This document shows positions 27,485-36,480 of a DNA stretch of 64,000 bases, piece after piece. This stretch comes from Dehalococcoidia bacterium. GTDB taxonomy: Bacteria > Chloroflexota > Dehalococcoidia > Lucifugimonadales > QGNO01. The notes below the pieces were generated by a model that saw nothing but the letters and a program-made list of their open reading frames with translations, searched no databases and had not been told where the DNA came from. The position numbers and the translations under genes are program-made. Where the stretch lies: NCBI GenBank assembly GCA_965248955.1, contig OZ252212.1, positions 959,042-1,023,041 on the forward strand, given 5' to 3'. The number at the start of each line of letters is the position of its first letter. The first letter of the stretch is position 1.

Positions 27485-28374
27485 GGAGCGTAGCGAGCAC
27501 TAAGACCGACGGTATTGCCCTCACAGCGGTTGTATCGCTGGCCGTGACCTTCATGCCCAAGGCCCTAGCGCTACCCATCGCTAGCTACGCTCACCACCCA
27601 CGAGTACCGCATTTTCTGTTTCTATTGCCTCTCACCCATGAGCAGTGGAGAGTACCATACGTGCGCATTGCGGGAGGAAGGCACTGTGCTGTGCTAGGGC
27701 AGCAAGCTGGATGGTCATCAAGCCTCGCCCGGAGAGGATTATAAGTTCACGTCCGTCAGCAGCGGCCGCTCTCACGGGTGCGTTTTGCGGGACGATGACG
27801 CGGTCCAGTGTTGGCGATGGCCATAAACGAGGGAGCAGGAGTCGCTCTGGTTGGACCATGACATCGACAACGGTATTCAAGTTCACCGCCCACGAGCACC
27901 GCAATCTTCTGTGTCGTTGCCCTCAACACCGGATACCGGGTGGGCGGCGACACCGAGCGGACACGATTACCAGCGCTACCCACGCCGTAGACGAACTGGT
28001 GTGCAACACGTCTTATGAGTTCCGCGTGAGCGCATACGCGGACGGCAACACCTACAAAGACGAGTAGGGTGGCGCAGAGGTATCCGCAACGACCGGAGTC
28101 TGAAGCTAAGCCCTAGAGAAGCGACTCTGCCCATTCAGGGGATTAGCCGCCAACTTCAGTTCCACCACTCCCAGCGGCATCCAAGTCCACCGCCCAAGAG
28201 TACCTCAGTTTTTGTAGTCGATTGAGAAATGGGTATGGTGTATGTCAGAACGGCCTCTTCTCCCACCACTTCGATGCCCTCCACGAAGTTGCGGATGAGC
28301 GCCTTGTGCTCAGGGAACGTCCCTTCCTGTAGAAACTCACGGAAGTCCGCCACTTACCTATGCACTAGTAGGTG
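27485..28374. repeat. Direct repeat B (~890 bp), partner of 25139-26022
   Basis: See repeat A. It contains family copies 8-10 (cores at 27590-27629, 27882-27921 and 28177-28226). Confidence 0.9.
28156..28353 (-). pseudogene. C-terminal fragment of a large serine recombinase gene (copy B)
   Basis: MADFREFLQEGTFPEHKALIRNFVEGIEVVGEEAVLTYTIP. A stop codon immediately upstream replaces the Tyr codon seen in copy A. Confidence 0.55.
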
Positions 28375-28499
28375 TCGGTAGTATCGCAGGCGCTGAGATA
28401 GCGGCTTTCACGCAAAGAACGAGAATCTCGCGGCCATGAATGCAACCTGCAGCTGCAGGCCGCCTAACACTGTGGCGATACCGCCGAAAGGAAGAAGCG

Positions 28500-28851
28500 G
28501 GGGGTCGGCGCGCACGCTCTTTCCCATGCCCAATGCCGAGCATGCCGCAATGACGATGGTCAGCAACGTTCGGGTCGGCTGCTATATTCAAGTACCACGC
28601 TGGATGGTAGTCCTAGCCGTAGTTCGAAGCAACGATAATTGGTCGCCTGACTCTTCAAACTGGAAGTACATCAAGGGCGACGACCGCGGCTTGCCGCTCC
28701 TGCGTCCCTTAGTCACCAGGATAAGGATTCTGTGCCCTTCCAAGCGGCTCAGAAGGCGTCCGTTGGAGAGGCGAAACAAGAGCCGATGCACCGGGACGAA
28801 GAACCATGTGATGATGAGGCGTCTATAGGTCAGTACGGCGGGCTCATTCAC
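28500..28851 (-). pseudogene. DUF385 / deazaflavin-dependent nitroreductase-family gene, disrupted
   Basis: ILILVTKGRRSGKPRSSPLMYF is followed, after a frameshift, by IIVASNYG-stop-DYHPAWYLNIAADPNV. There is one frameshift plus an in-frame TAG. Confidence 0.5.
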
Positions 28852-29112
28852 GGGATTACAACTATGTCAGCATTGTTGCAGGACACTGTCAAGGTGACCG
28901 GTCGCCGCATGATTACCGTTTGAGGTGGTGTCGCTGTGAGGATCGTCCCGGTCAGCCCTCTACAATAGCTACGGTGTGGTGCATGACGATGCCCACACCG
29001 TGGGATACGATAGTCGAGGCGTTGGGCAGGGCGACGCTGAGGCCATCTCTATTCTAGACCAGGGGGTAGGCGACCTCAGCGGTGAACACTGCTAGACGGA
29101 AGGCAGGGGTAC

Positions 29113-30276
29113 CTACTTGCACAGGCAGGAGGCAGCGTCTAGGTCGAAACGGCTAAGGCGGAGGAACGAGATGTCATGGCCCGTCTCGCCCCGTGTGGCC
29201 AAATCGGCCATGATCTCGCCCACAACGCTACAGAACTTGAAACCGTGGCCAGAGAACCCTGCTGCAAAGAAGACATTCGGAGATCCAGGTAAAGCATCAA
29301 TTATAAAGTGCCCGTCGGGTGTATTCGTGAACATGCAGGGCTTCAGGGATACCGTCGGCCCGTTTGCATCAGGAAAGTAGCGGACCAAAGCCTTCCGCAA
29401 CACTGCCTCGTCCTCATCCCGGCAGTCTCTCTCCAGGCCATCGGCGGTCGTCACCTCATTCAAGTGGTGGAACCTGCCGATCTTGAACCCCGGGATGCCG
29501 AATACAGGGAAGGAATAGTATTGCCCTTCCTCGAACTCGCCGATCACCACCGGGCAGTTTCCAAGCGCAAAGAGATGCGGGCGTAGCGGCTGGAACCAGC
29601 CGAGGACCTGACGTTCAGGTACCAGCAGGTGGCTCAACGACGGCAATAGCGGCCCCGCCCAGGCGCCGGCCGTAATGACCAGCGCCCCTGCCTCGTATAG
29701 TCCGCGGTTAGTCTCTACTCTCACGGCGCCCCCAGCGCTGCTCCATTCCCGCACCGCCTCATGGGCCCTCACTTCGCCGCCGCGCTCTAGTGCAGCGAAG
29801 ACGTGGTTGACTATGCACCGCTCCGACAGCACGAACCCGCCGTCAGGCTGGTATATCCCCATCCAGTTCTCCGGGAACCGGAATCCCGGGAAGCGCCGAG
29901 TCAGCTCGGCACTGGTGAGCGCCTCGTGCGGCAGGTCATGCTCGCGGCAGGACCGCAGGGATCCGGTAAAGACCCTGCCTTCCTCATGACTGGTGTCCAC
30001 CGAGCCGGTGATGTACAACAGCTTCTCGCCGCTCGCCTCCTCCAGCTCGCGCCACCGCTCGTACGAGCGCCGCAGGAGCGGCACGTAGGACGAGTCCTCG
30101 TAGTAGGCCAGCCGGATAATGCGGTTTATGCCGTGCGACGATCCGGAGTCGTTCGGTATACTGAAACGTTCAAGGCCTAGCACGCGCATGCCGCGACTTG
30201 CGAGCTCGTACACGGTGGCGGAGCCCATTCCCCCGACACCAATGACTATTACATCGTATGTACCGCTTGTCCTCAT
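29113..30276 (-). CDS. Monomeric sarcosine oxidase / N-methyl-L-tryptophan oxidase family flavoenzyme
   Basis: YDVIVIGVGGMGSA (FAD fold), CMFTNTPDGHFIID (covalent-flavin Cys context) and GFSGHGFKF. Confidence 0.85.
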   Translation of the reverse strand: MRTSGTYDVIVIGVGGMGSATVYELASRGMRVLGLERFSIPNDSGSSHGINRIIRLAYYEDSSYVPLLRRSYERWRELEEASGEKLLYITGSVDTSHEEGRVFTGSLRSCREHDLPHEALTSAELTRRFPGFRFPENWMGIYQPDGGFVLSERCIVNHVFAALERGGEVRAHEAVREWSSAGGAVRVETNRGLYEAGALVITAGAWAGPLLPSLSHLLVPERQVLGWFQPLRPHLFALGNCPVVIGEFEEGQYYSFPVFGIPGFKIGRFHHLNEVTTADGLERDCRDEDEAVLRKALVRYFPDANGPTVSLKPCMFTNTPDGHFIIDALPGSPNVFFAAGFSGHGFKFCSVVGEIMADLATRGETGHDISFLRLSRFDLDAASCLCK

Positions 30277-30352
30277 CCAGTTCCCGGCCTCGGTTCAGCA
30301 GGGCTTGCTTGCCCATCTTCTGTGACCACTACAGACGGCGTGGTCCCCTGCA

Positions 30353-31501
30353 ATGAAGGAATTATATACAATGCCGCCACGTTTCCCACAGCGAGCCGAT
30401 TCGGTGGTACTATTGCCGCGTATGTCGTGGGAAACGTTCAGTAACGCCGGGTACGTAGGCGCGGCTATTGGTGGAGCCGTCTTCGCTATGTCGCTCGCCA
30501 TAGCCGCGGCAACTGCTTTTGTGGTTCGATTTGTCGCTGCCCGCCTGGACTCGAGCACCCCTTACGGCGTCGGAGGCATCGCCCTCAGATCGATTCGAAA
30601 CTCTCTCTCGGCCTTCGTGGTCGTTGTCGGCGCATATGTCGGACTGGGCTTCGTCGAACAGTTGGACCAGTGGCACGCCGAAGTGCAACAAGGCTTCACC
30701 GTTCTCGTCATCCTGATCGGTGCCCACGCTCTCTCGGCTGTTAGCGGCGCGACGCTCAATTGGTACATGGTCAACATCGCGGCACGGACGGAGACATCTT
30801 TCGACGACCGGAGCCTACCGCTGCTGCGTCGCTTCCTGCGGGTGGCCATCTACGGCCTAGCGCTCGTCCTCATCCTCGACACCCTTGGCTACTCCGTCGG
30901 GCTGCTACTCGGTGGCCTCGGTATCACTGGGCTCGCAGTCGCACTGGCATTGCAGCCTACGCTGACAAACTACTTCGCCGGCACCTACGTTATGTCGGAT
31001 CAGGCCATCAAGTCTGGAGACTACATTGAACTCCAAGGCGGGCCGGCCGGGTACGTGGTTGAAGTGGGCTGGCGCACCACGAAAATCAGAACCTGGTTGA
31101 ACACCCTGGTTATCATCCCGAACTCGGTCATGGCCGATACGATCATTACCAACTACCAGGGGCCCGACCCAGCACTCAACATCCTCGTCTCGGGCGGCGT
31201 CAGCTATGCGAGCGACCTCCAGCAGGTCGAGGAAGTGTCGCTAGATGTGACCCGGAGCGTCATTGCCGACAACGCCGAAGCCGTGAAGAGCATGGACCCG
31301 TGGTTCGGCTTCGACTCTTTTGGCGACTCGAACGTGAATTTCTGGATATTCCTGCAGGCCACAGACCGCGTTGGTTCGTTTGTGGTGAGCAACGACCTCA
31401 TCAAGCGGCTCCACGCCAGGTTCGCCGCGGAGGGCATCGAGATCAACTACCCGGTTCGCAAGATCGTCTTCAGTGAGGAAGCCCCCAGCACATCCCCCTG
31501 A
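30353..31501 (+). CDS. Mechanosensitive ion channel (MscS family)
   Basis: Transmembrane helices followed by ALQPTLTNYFAGTYVMSDQAIKSGDYIEL...GYVVEVGWRTTKIRT. The start may lie at a downstream Met. Confidence 0.85.
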   Translation: MKELYTMPPRFPQRADSVVLLPRMSWETFSNAGYVGAAIGGAVFAMSLAIAAATAFVVRFVAARLDSSTPYGVGGIALRSIRNSLSAFVVVVGAYVGLGFVEQLDQWHAEVQQGFTVLVILIGAHALSAVSGATLNWYMVNIAARTETSFDDRSLPLLRRFLRVAIYGLALVLILDTLGYSVGLLLGGLGITGLAVALALQPTLTNYFAGTYVMSDQAIKSGDYIELQGGPAGYVVEVGWRTTKIRTWLNTLVIIPNSVMADTIITNYQGPDPALNILVSGGVSYASDLQQVEEVSLDVTRSVIADNAEAVKSMDPWFGFDSFGDSNVNFWIFLQATDRVGSFVVSNDLIKRLHARFAAEGIEINYPVRKIVFSEEAPSTSP

Positions 31502-31560
31502 GGGCACTAACCGAGATGACCTGCCTCCTGATCACCACATAAGCTGGTCCCTTGGACGCT

Positions 31561-32091
31561 TCACTTCCCTGTTTCACTGGTCGCCCGTAACGTCTGCTCA
31601 AGGCTTTCCAGTTTTTCGCGCAGTTCTGAAACGCTTTCCTCGACATGCTGTCCCGCCGTGTCTATGACGATACCGGCTTCCCAAGGTTCATACTCCCGTT
31701 CGCAGACCTCCTGCCACGTAGGTAATCGGTGTCCCGCGATGTCGGCTATCCGTGTTTCCACTCTGCGCTGGTGCTCCGCCTGGTCGGAACAGACGATCCC
31801 GATCTCGATGCACCGCTCGCCTGCTCGTTTGGCGACATCCCGCCAAGCGGCTCGGGTTGACCCCACTGGGTTCACGGAATCGGCTATCACGGTGCGGCCC
31901 AGTCTCAGATTGTCTTCGGCAATCGCATAGGCTACCACGTACCCCTCGGGCCCGGATACTGTTATGTTGGAGTTGCGCAGCGTCTGCTCGATGGAATCGA
32001 TGCGCAGATGAACAGCCTCTATGTCGCGTGCCAGTCCGGTGGCAATCGCTGTTTTCCCCACCGCCGGAAGGCCTCCGAAGATCAATAACAT
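31561..32091 (-). CDS. P-loop kinase (AAA_33-like ATP-binding protein)
   Basis: 176-aa ORF with Walker A GGLPAVGKT at the N-terminus. Confidence 0.7.
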   Translation of the reverse strand: MLLIFGGLPAVGKTAIATGLARDIEAVHLRIDSIEQTLRNSNITVSGPEGYVVAYAIAEDNLRLGRTVIADSVNPVGSTRAAWRDVAKRAGERCIEIGIVCSDQAEHQRRVETRIADIAGHRLPTWQEVCEREYEPWEAGIVIDTAGQHVEESVSELREKLESLEQTLRATSETGK

Positions 32092-32119
32092 CAGATCGTG
32101 GTTTCCAAGACTTCGTTAG

Positions 32120-32245
32120 ACAATCGACTGGCTCTCCAAGTGGCCACGCCTTCTACTACATCCATTCCAACTGCCCGCGGGTCGACTGTCCATAAACTCC
32201 TGAGTTTTTCGTGTCTATTGTGTATTGCGAACGTTCTACCAGAAC
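32120..32245 (-). repeat. Dispersed repeat family, copy 11
   Basis: caatcgactggct...gggtcgactgtccataaactcctgagtttttcgtgtctattgtgtattgcgaacg. The flank matches copy 3. It sits at the left edge of a low-GC islet. Confidence 0.7.
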
Positions 32246-32336
32246 ATCGTACATGAGAGTGTCACCCATGTTTCTTTAACATAAGACCTCTTATATTCAC
32301 TTTGACACAACATGGCAGGTGGTTTAGCATCAGTGG

Positions 32337-32948
32337 ATGCGTTGGCTTCGCACCCAATTGTCCCCAACATTGGCTGGCTTCGTTATTCTTGTTACGTCCT
32401 TGGGTTTTCTCGCTGATTTTCCTGTTGGGCGTTCCCGTCTGGAGGATAGTGTGAGTTCTATCTTCCCAATAGGTGCAGCATTGTTGCCATACATTGCTCT
32501 GGCCGGTGTTATCTTTGGTGGTGGGCAAGTGAGTCAATGGATAATCCGGAAAAGCATAGACTTATTGCATAATGGCCCAAGTGTTCGTAAATTTCGAGCT
32601 TTGGAAGGTCCTCTACGGCAGTGCAAGCATCACCTGATCGAGTACGTTGAAACGCCCTCCTCCTCCTCCTCCTCCTCCTCCTCCTCCTCCTCCTCCTCCT
32701 CCTCCTCCTCCTCCTCCTCCTCCTCCTCCTCCTTAGGTAGAGTATCCGACCGCTCTGCGCTGATAGTCGAGTTAAACTTGGTAATAAGACAACTTATAGA
32801 ACTCGACATACAAGTGCCTGACTTTGGTTACCTTATCAATCAGGAGCGGTCGCAGTCTTGGGTGGCCTACTTAGCAGCAACGGAAGAGTTAGCAAAAAGT
32901 GGCAGATTGCAAGATGCCCGAGAAGGCAATATTTACAAAGAACGTTAG
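32337..32948 (+). CDS. Hypothetical membrane protein with poly-serine tract
   Basis: 203-aa ORF in low-GC DNA. It has two N-terminal hydrophobic helices, about 25 consecutive Ser residues and a helical C-terminus. Confidence 0.45.
   Translation: MRWLRTQLSPTLAGFVILVTSLGFLADFPVGRSRLEDSVSSIFPIGAALLPYIALAGVIFGGGQVSQWIIRKSIDLLHNGPSVRKFRALEGPLRQCKHHLIEYVETPSSSSSSSSSSSSSSSSSSSSSSSSSLGRVSDRSALIVELNLVIRQLIELDIQVPDFGYLINQERSQSWVAYLAATEELAKSGRLQDAREGNIYKER
32658..32732 (+). repeat. (TCC)n trinucleotide microsatellite, about 25 uninterrupted units
   Basis: Read directly from the sequence. It lies in frame inside the 32337..32948 ORF and encodes the poly-Ser tract. Confidence 0.95.
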
Positions 32949-33118
32949 ACAATCCGCCTTTCGTAAGAAAGGTGCTTGGTCTTGACGATACGGCAAAGGT
33001 GTAAACAAAGATATGGACGTTGTCCCGATTGCTGACAGGCGGGACGATTAGCTGTCTTGCCGTTCAAGTCCTCCAGCTCTGTACTTCTTCTGAGTAACCG
33101 ACATCCTCAGCCACCCCC

Positions 33119-34084
33119 TCACCCCCTATACCCGCTTTCAGCGCGCCACTTGAAGTAATCCTTCAGGCCGCTCAGCAGATCAGTGGTCGCCTCAAAGCCG
33201 AAGTCCTCTCTCATCCGGGAGACGTCCATGTGCGGGGTGTCATCGCTGACCGGGTCCGGAGGTATGGGCTCGACAAACTCAGCGTCGGGGTAAGCCTTGC
33301 GGAACGCATCGATAACCCGGCTGGTTGGGGTGGCGGCGCCTCTAGCCAGATTGTACAGCCGGTGCGGCAAACGGGGCGCATCCAGAACGGTGGCAAGGCC
33401 GCTCGCAATATCCAGAACGTAGGTGTAATCGCCAGGCGCTTGAGGCATAATCTCTATCGGTTCGCCCCGCACCGCCTTCCCTGTCCAGTCGTGCAGGAGG
33501 GACATGTTGGCACGGTAGCCAGTAGTGCGCTCCATAGGGCCGTACGGGCCGCCGAGTCGTACGCTCACCGTGTCAAGACCATGCAGCTCCATGTATCGCT
33601 CCGCAATGCGCTCACAGGCGTATTTGGAGATGCGATAGAGGGCTTTGGGGTGGACAAATGTCTCCTCGTTCAGAGGCCTGGGCGCAGTCACTCCCTCATA
33701 GACTGCGCCGGAACTGACGAAGAGAAAGCGCCGCACGGATATCCGCCTGGCAAGGTCAAGCAGGTTGACGGTACCCATGACGTTCACCTCCACTATGCTC
33801 CGGCTGTGGTCGTTCTCCACGGGACCGCGAGACCCGGGAGTGTACGCAACGGCGTGAACGATTTTATCGATGGAGTGATCCCTGGCAAGCTCACCCAGGG
33901 CGTCGACGTCAAGAGCGTCCGCCGTGTAGAAGGTTGTGCGGTCGCGCCAGGGACTCAAGTAAGCCTTTAGCATGCCGTCAGGCTCCGATATATCGAGCGA
34001 TACCACCTGGTGGCCGCGTTCAGCGAGGACTCTCACTATGTTGGAAGCAACGAAACCGTTGCCGCCTGTGACCAAGGTGACCAT
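33119..34084 (-). CDS. NAD-dependent epimerase/dehydratase (extended SDR)
   Basis: VTGGNGFVASNIV Rossmann motif and YRISK (YxxxK). Confidence 0.85.
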   Translation of the reverse strand: MVTLVTGGNGFVASNIVRVLAERGHQVVSLDISEPDGMLKAYLSPWRDRTTFYTADALDVDALGELARDHSIDKIVHAVAYTPGSRGPVENDHSRSIVEVNVMGTVNLLDLARRISVRRFLFVSSGAVYEGVTAPRPLNEETFVHPKALYRISKYACERIAERYMELHGLDTVSVRLGGPYGPMERTTGYRANMSLLHDWTGKAVRGEPIEIMPQAPGDYTYVLDIASGLATVLDAPRLPHRLYNLARGAATPTSRVIDAFRKAYPDAEFVEPIPPDPVSDDTPHMDVSRMREDFGFEATTDLLSGLKDYFKWRAESGYRG

Positions 34085-34096
34085 GCCCTAACCTCT

Positions 34097-35443
34097 CTAC
34101 ACCTTCCACCTTGGCGCCGCGGTAAACGTGCGGACCAGAATGTATCCCACCAAGCCGGAGATGATGGATGCAGTGAGTATGCCTATCTTAGAGGTACTGA
34201 CCAGGTCGCTACCGCCGAATGCCAGTGTGGATATGAAGAGGGACATGGTGAAGCCTATACCCGCCAGCCAGCCTACGGCATAGATCTGGGGCCAGGTGAC
34301 ACCGGCAGGGAGGGCGCCCCAATCAAATCTAACGGCCAGCCAGGCGGCGAAGGTGATGCCCACCTGTTTACCTATGACGAGACCGACGATGATCCCCAGG
34401 CTTATGGGATCGAAGAGGTGAGAGGTAAAGTCAGCGCCAAGGTTAACGCCGGCGTTTGACAAGGCGAAGAGGGGTACAATCCCGAAGGCTATCCAGGGAT
34501 GAAGTGTATGCTCCAACCGATACAGGGGCATCCAAACGTGGGCGATAGCCCTTTCCATCTGCTGCAGAGCCACCTGCCGCGCTTGTCGGACAGGCACGGC
34601 GCCACCTAAATCGCCTGCTTCTTCGTATTCAGCCAGGATTACACGGCCAGTTCCAAGAAATTCGCCAACATTTATGCGCGAGCGCGCCGGGATAGTGGCA
34701 GCAAGAAGGATCCCTGCGATGGTGGCGTGAACGCCGGACTGCAGGAAAGCAAGCCAGAGAAAGACTCCCATGATTACATATGGCAATGGGTTACGTATTC
34801 CCACGCGATTGAAGACAAAGAGCAAACCGAAAATACCGAGACCAATGAGTAAGCTAACAATGGATATCTCTTCTGTGTAGAAGATGGCTATGACAAGCAC
34901 TGCGCCAATGTCATCAACGATGGCGACGGCAACGAGGAATGACTTGAGTGCGAGGGGAACACGAGAACCAAGTAGAGCAAGGATACCCAGGGCAAATGCA
35001 ATATCGGTGGCCATGGGTATGCCCCAACCAATGGAGCCCTCTGAGCTAAAGTTGAAGGCAGTATAGATAAGTGCGGGGACTGCCATGCCGCCGACGGCGG
35101 CAATCATGGGCAAGGCAGCTTGTCTGGAAGATGACAACTCACCCACTATCAATTCCCGCTTTATTTCCAGACCAACGACAAAGAAGAAAACCACCATGAC
35201 ACCATCGTTGATCCAGTGCACCAGGGCATCAGAGAGATGAAAAGCGCCCACTTGAATAGAGATTTCAGTGTGCCAGAAGTCGTTATAGGTCTCTGACCAG
35301 GGGGAATTGGCCCAAACCAGAGCAACGACAGCGGAAGCAAGCAGGACAATACCACTGGAGGCCTGTTCGTGAATAAAATCCCGCAACGGGCGCAAGAACT
35401 GCTCAAAAGGCCCTTGGCGAACTTTGGAGTAACCGTGCCGCAT
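34097..35443 (-). CDS. nhaA: Na+/H+ antiporter NhaA
   Basis: WINDGVMVVFFFVVGLEIKRE and overall NhaA architecture, 448 aa. Confidence 0.9.
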   Translation of the reverse strand: MRHGYSKVRQGPFEQFLRPLRDFIHEQASSGIVLLASAVVALVWANSPWSETYNDFWHTEISIQVGAFHLSDALVHWINDGVMVVFFFVVGLEIKRELIVGELSSSRQAALPMIAAVGGMAVPALIYTAFNFSSEGSIGWGIPMATDIAFALGILALLGSRVPLALKSFLVAVAIVDDIGAVLVIAIFYTEEISIVSLLIGLGIFGLLFVFNRVGIRNPLPYVIMGVFLWLAFLQSGVHATIAGILLAATIPARSRINVGEFLGTGRVILAEYEEAGDLGGAVPVRQARQVALQQMERAIAHVWMPLYRLEHTLHPWIAFGIVPLFALSNAGVNLGADFTSHLFDPISLGIIVGLVIGKQVGITFAAWLAVRFDWGALPAGVTWPQIYAVGWLAGIGFTMSLFISTLAFGGSDLVSTSKIGILTASIISGLVGYILVRTFTAAPRWKV

Positions 35444-35593
35444 CGGATGAATTATATCTTAAATCTCGTGGCAAAAGCGCCAGTGGCTCAGTCCACAATA
35501 CTCCACGGCAAGAAGAAAACGGTCCAACACGCCTTCATCACCTACGCATTTTTTGGGGATTATTTTTGCAGCTGAGTGGACGGGTAATGGGGT

Positions 35594-36289
35594 TCAATCC
35601 AGCCCGGACCGTTTCAGCAGTTCAGGCAGAGAAAACTCTTTGCTCTGAAGGAAGGAGATCTGGCCGGCTTCACGCTGATGAAGCTCTTCCACCTTGGATG
35701 GGAGGTCCTCAACCACTTCGTGCGGAATGGTTATTACGCCTATTTTGTCGGCGAACACCAGATCCCCGGGGCGGATGAGCTGATCGCTGATGGTGACGGG
35801 GTTGCCGGTGTCCACCATGTTGACGAATGCGCCGGTGCCGTGGGCAGAGACCGTGCCCGGCGCAAACATGTGAAACCCAATCTCGTAGACGTCATCCGGG
35901 TCGCGGACGCCGCCGTCGGTGACGAGCCCGATTGCACCCAGAGACCGGGCGGTGTTGGCCATAATGCCGCCAAAGACCAGGCTGCGGACTCTGTTGTGGC
36001 CCCCCGCCTTTATCACGATCACGGCGGGTTTGGGCGAGGCCTCTATGGATTCAAGGTAGCGGCGCTGCACGTCAGGGCGCGCGGGCCGGTCCGGGGTGAG
36101 GTTGTCCAGAATAGCTGTGACCGCAAAGCCGACCATGGGCCCCAGGTCGGGGAAGAGGCAACGGATGTCATAGCCCAGGTAGCCCTCAGTAGCGGGACGG
36201 ACGCCCATCATGCGAATGGTATCCGATATTTCAGGGGAGGTGTACTTCTTGAGGGCGTCTAGTTGAGCTTGGCTGACCTGCTCAGGCAT
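35594..36289 (-). CDS. RraA-family protein (HMG/oxaloacetate aldolase-like)
   Basis: FGGIMANTARSLGAIGLVTDGGVRD is the RraA/DlpA-family core. Confidence 0.8.
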   Translation of the reverse strand: MPEQVSQAQLDALKKYTSPEISDTIRMMGVRPATEGYLGYDIRCLFPDLGPMVGFAVTAILDNLTPDRPARPDVQRRYLESIEASPKPAVIVIKAGGHNRVRSLVFGGIMANTARSLGAIGLVTDGGVRDPDDVYEIGFHMFAPGTVSAHGTGAFVNMVDTGNPVTISDQLIRPGDLVFADKIGVITIPHEVVEDLPSKVEELHQREAGQISFLQSKEFSLPELLKRSGLD

Positions 36290-36480
36290 GTTGTGCTCCT
36301 TTCAAGGTGGCTACAGATGGTCCCGTTCCTTGTTTTACATGGTAGCGGTTGCCGGTGTCTAGGCCAACCGGGGATACCAAACGTCTTTGAGTAAGCACTT
36401 TTGAATCCCTCCTGTAAACGCTGTAATCCACGTTCGTTAGCCTTTATGATACCCCAAAGCCATAAACCAGCAGGGGGAAA

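Noticed and set aside
4316-32245. Integron attC sites or a CALIN as an explanation for the dispersed repeat
   Set aside because: I could not find the RYYYAAC / GTTRRRY boxes or the imperfect whole-site palindrome. There is no intI and no tandem array of complete cassettes. The idea remains formally possible only for a very divergent system.
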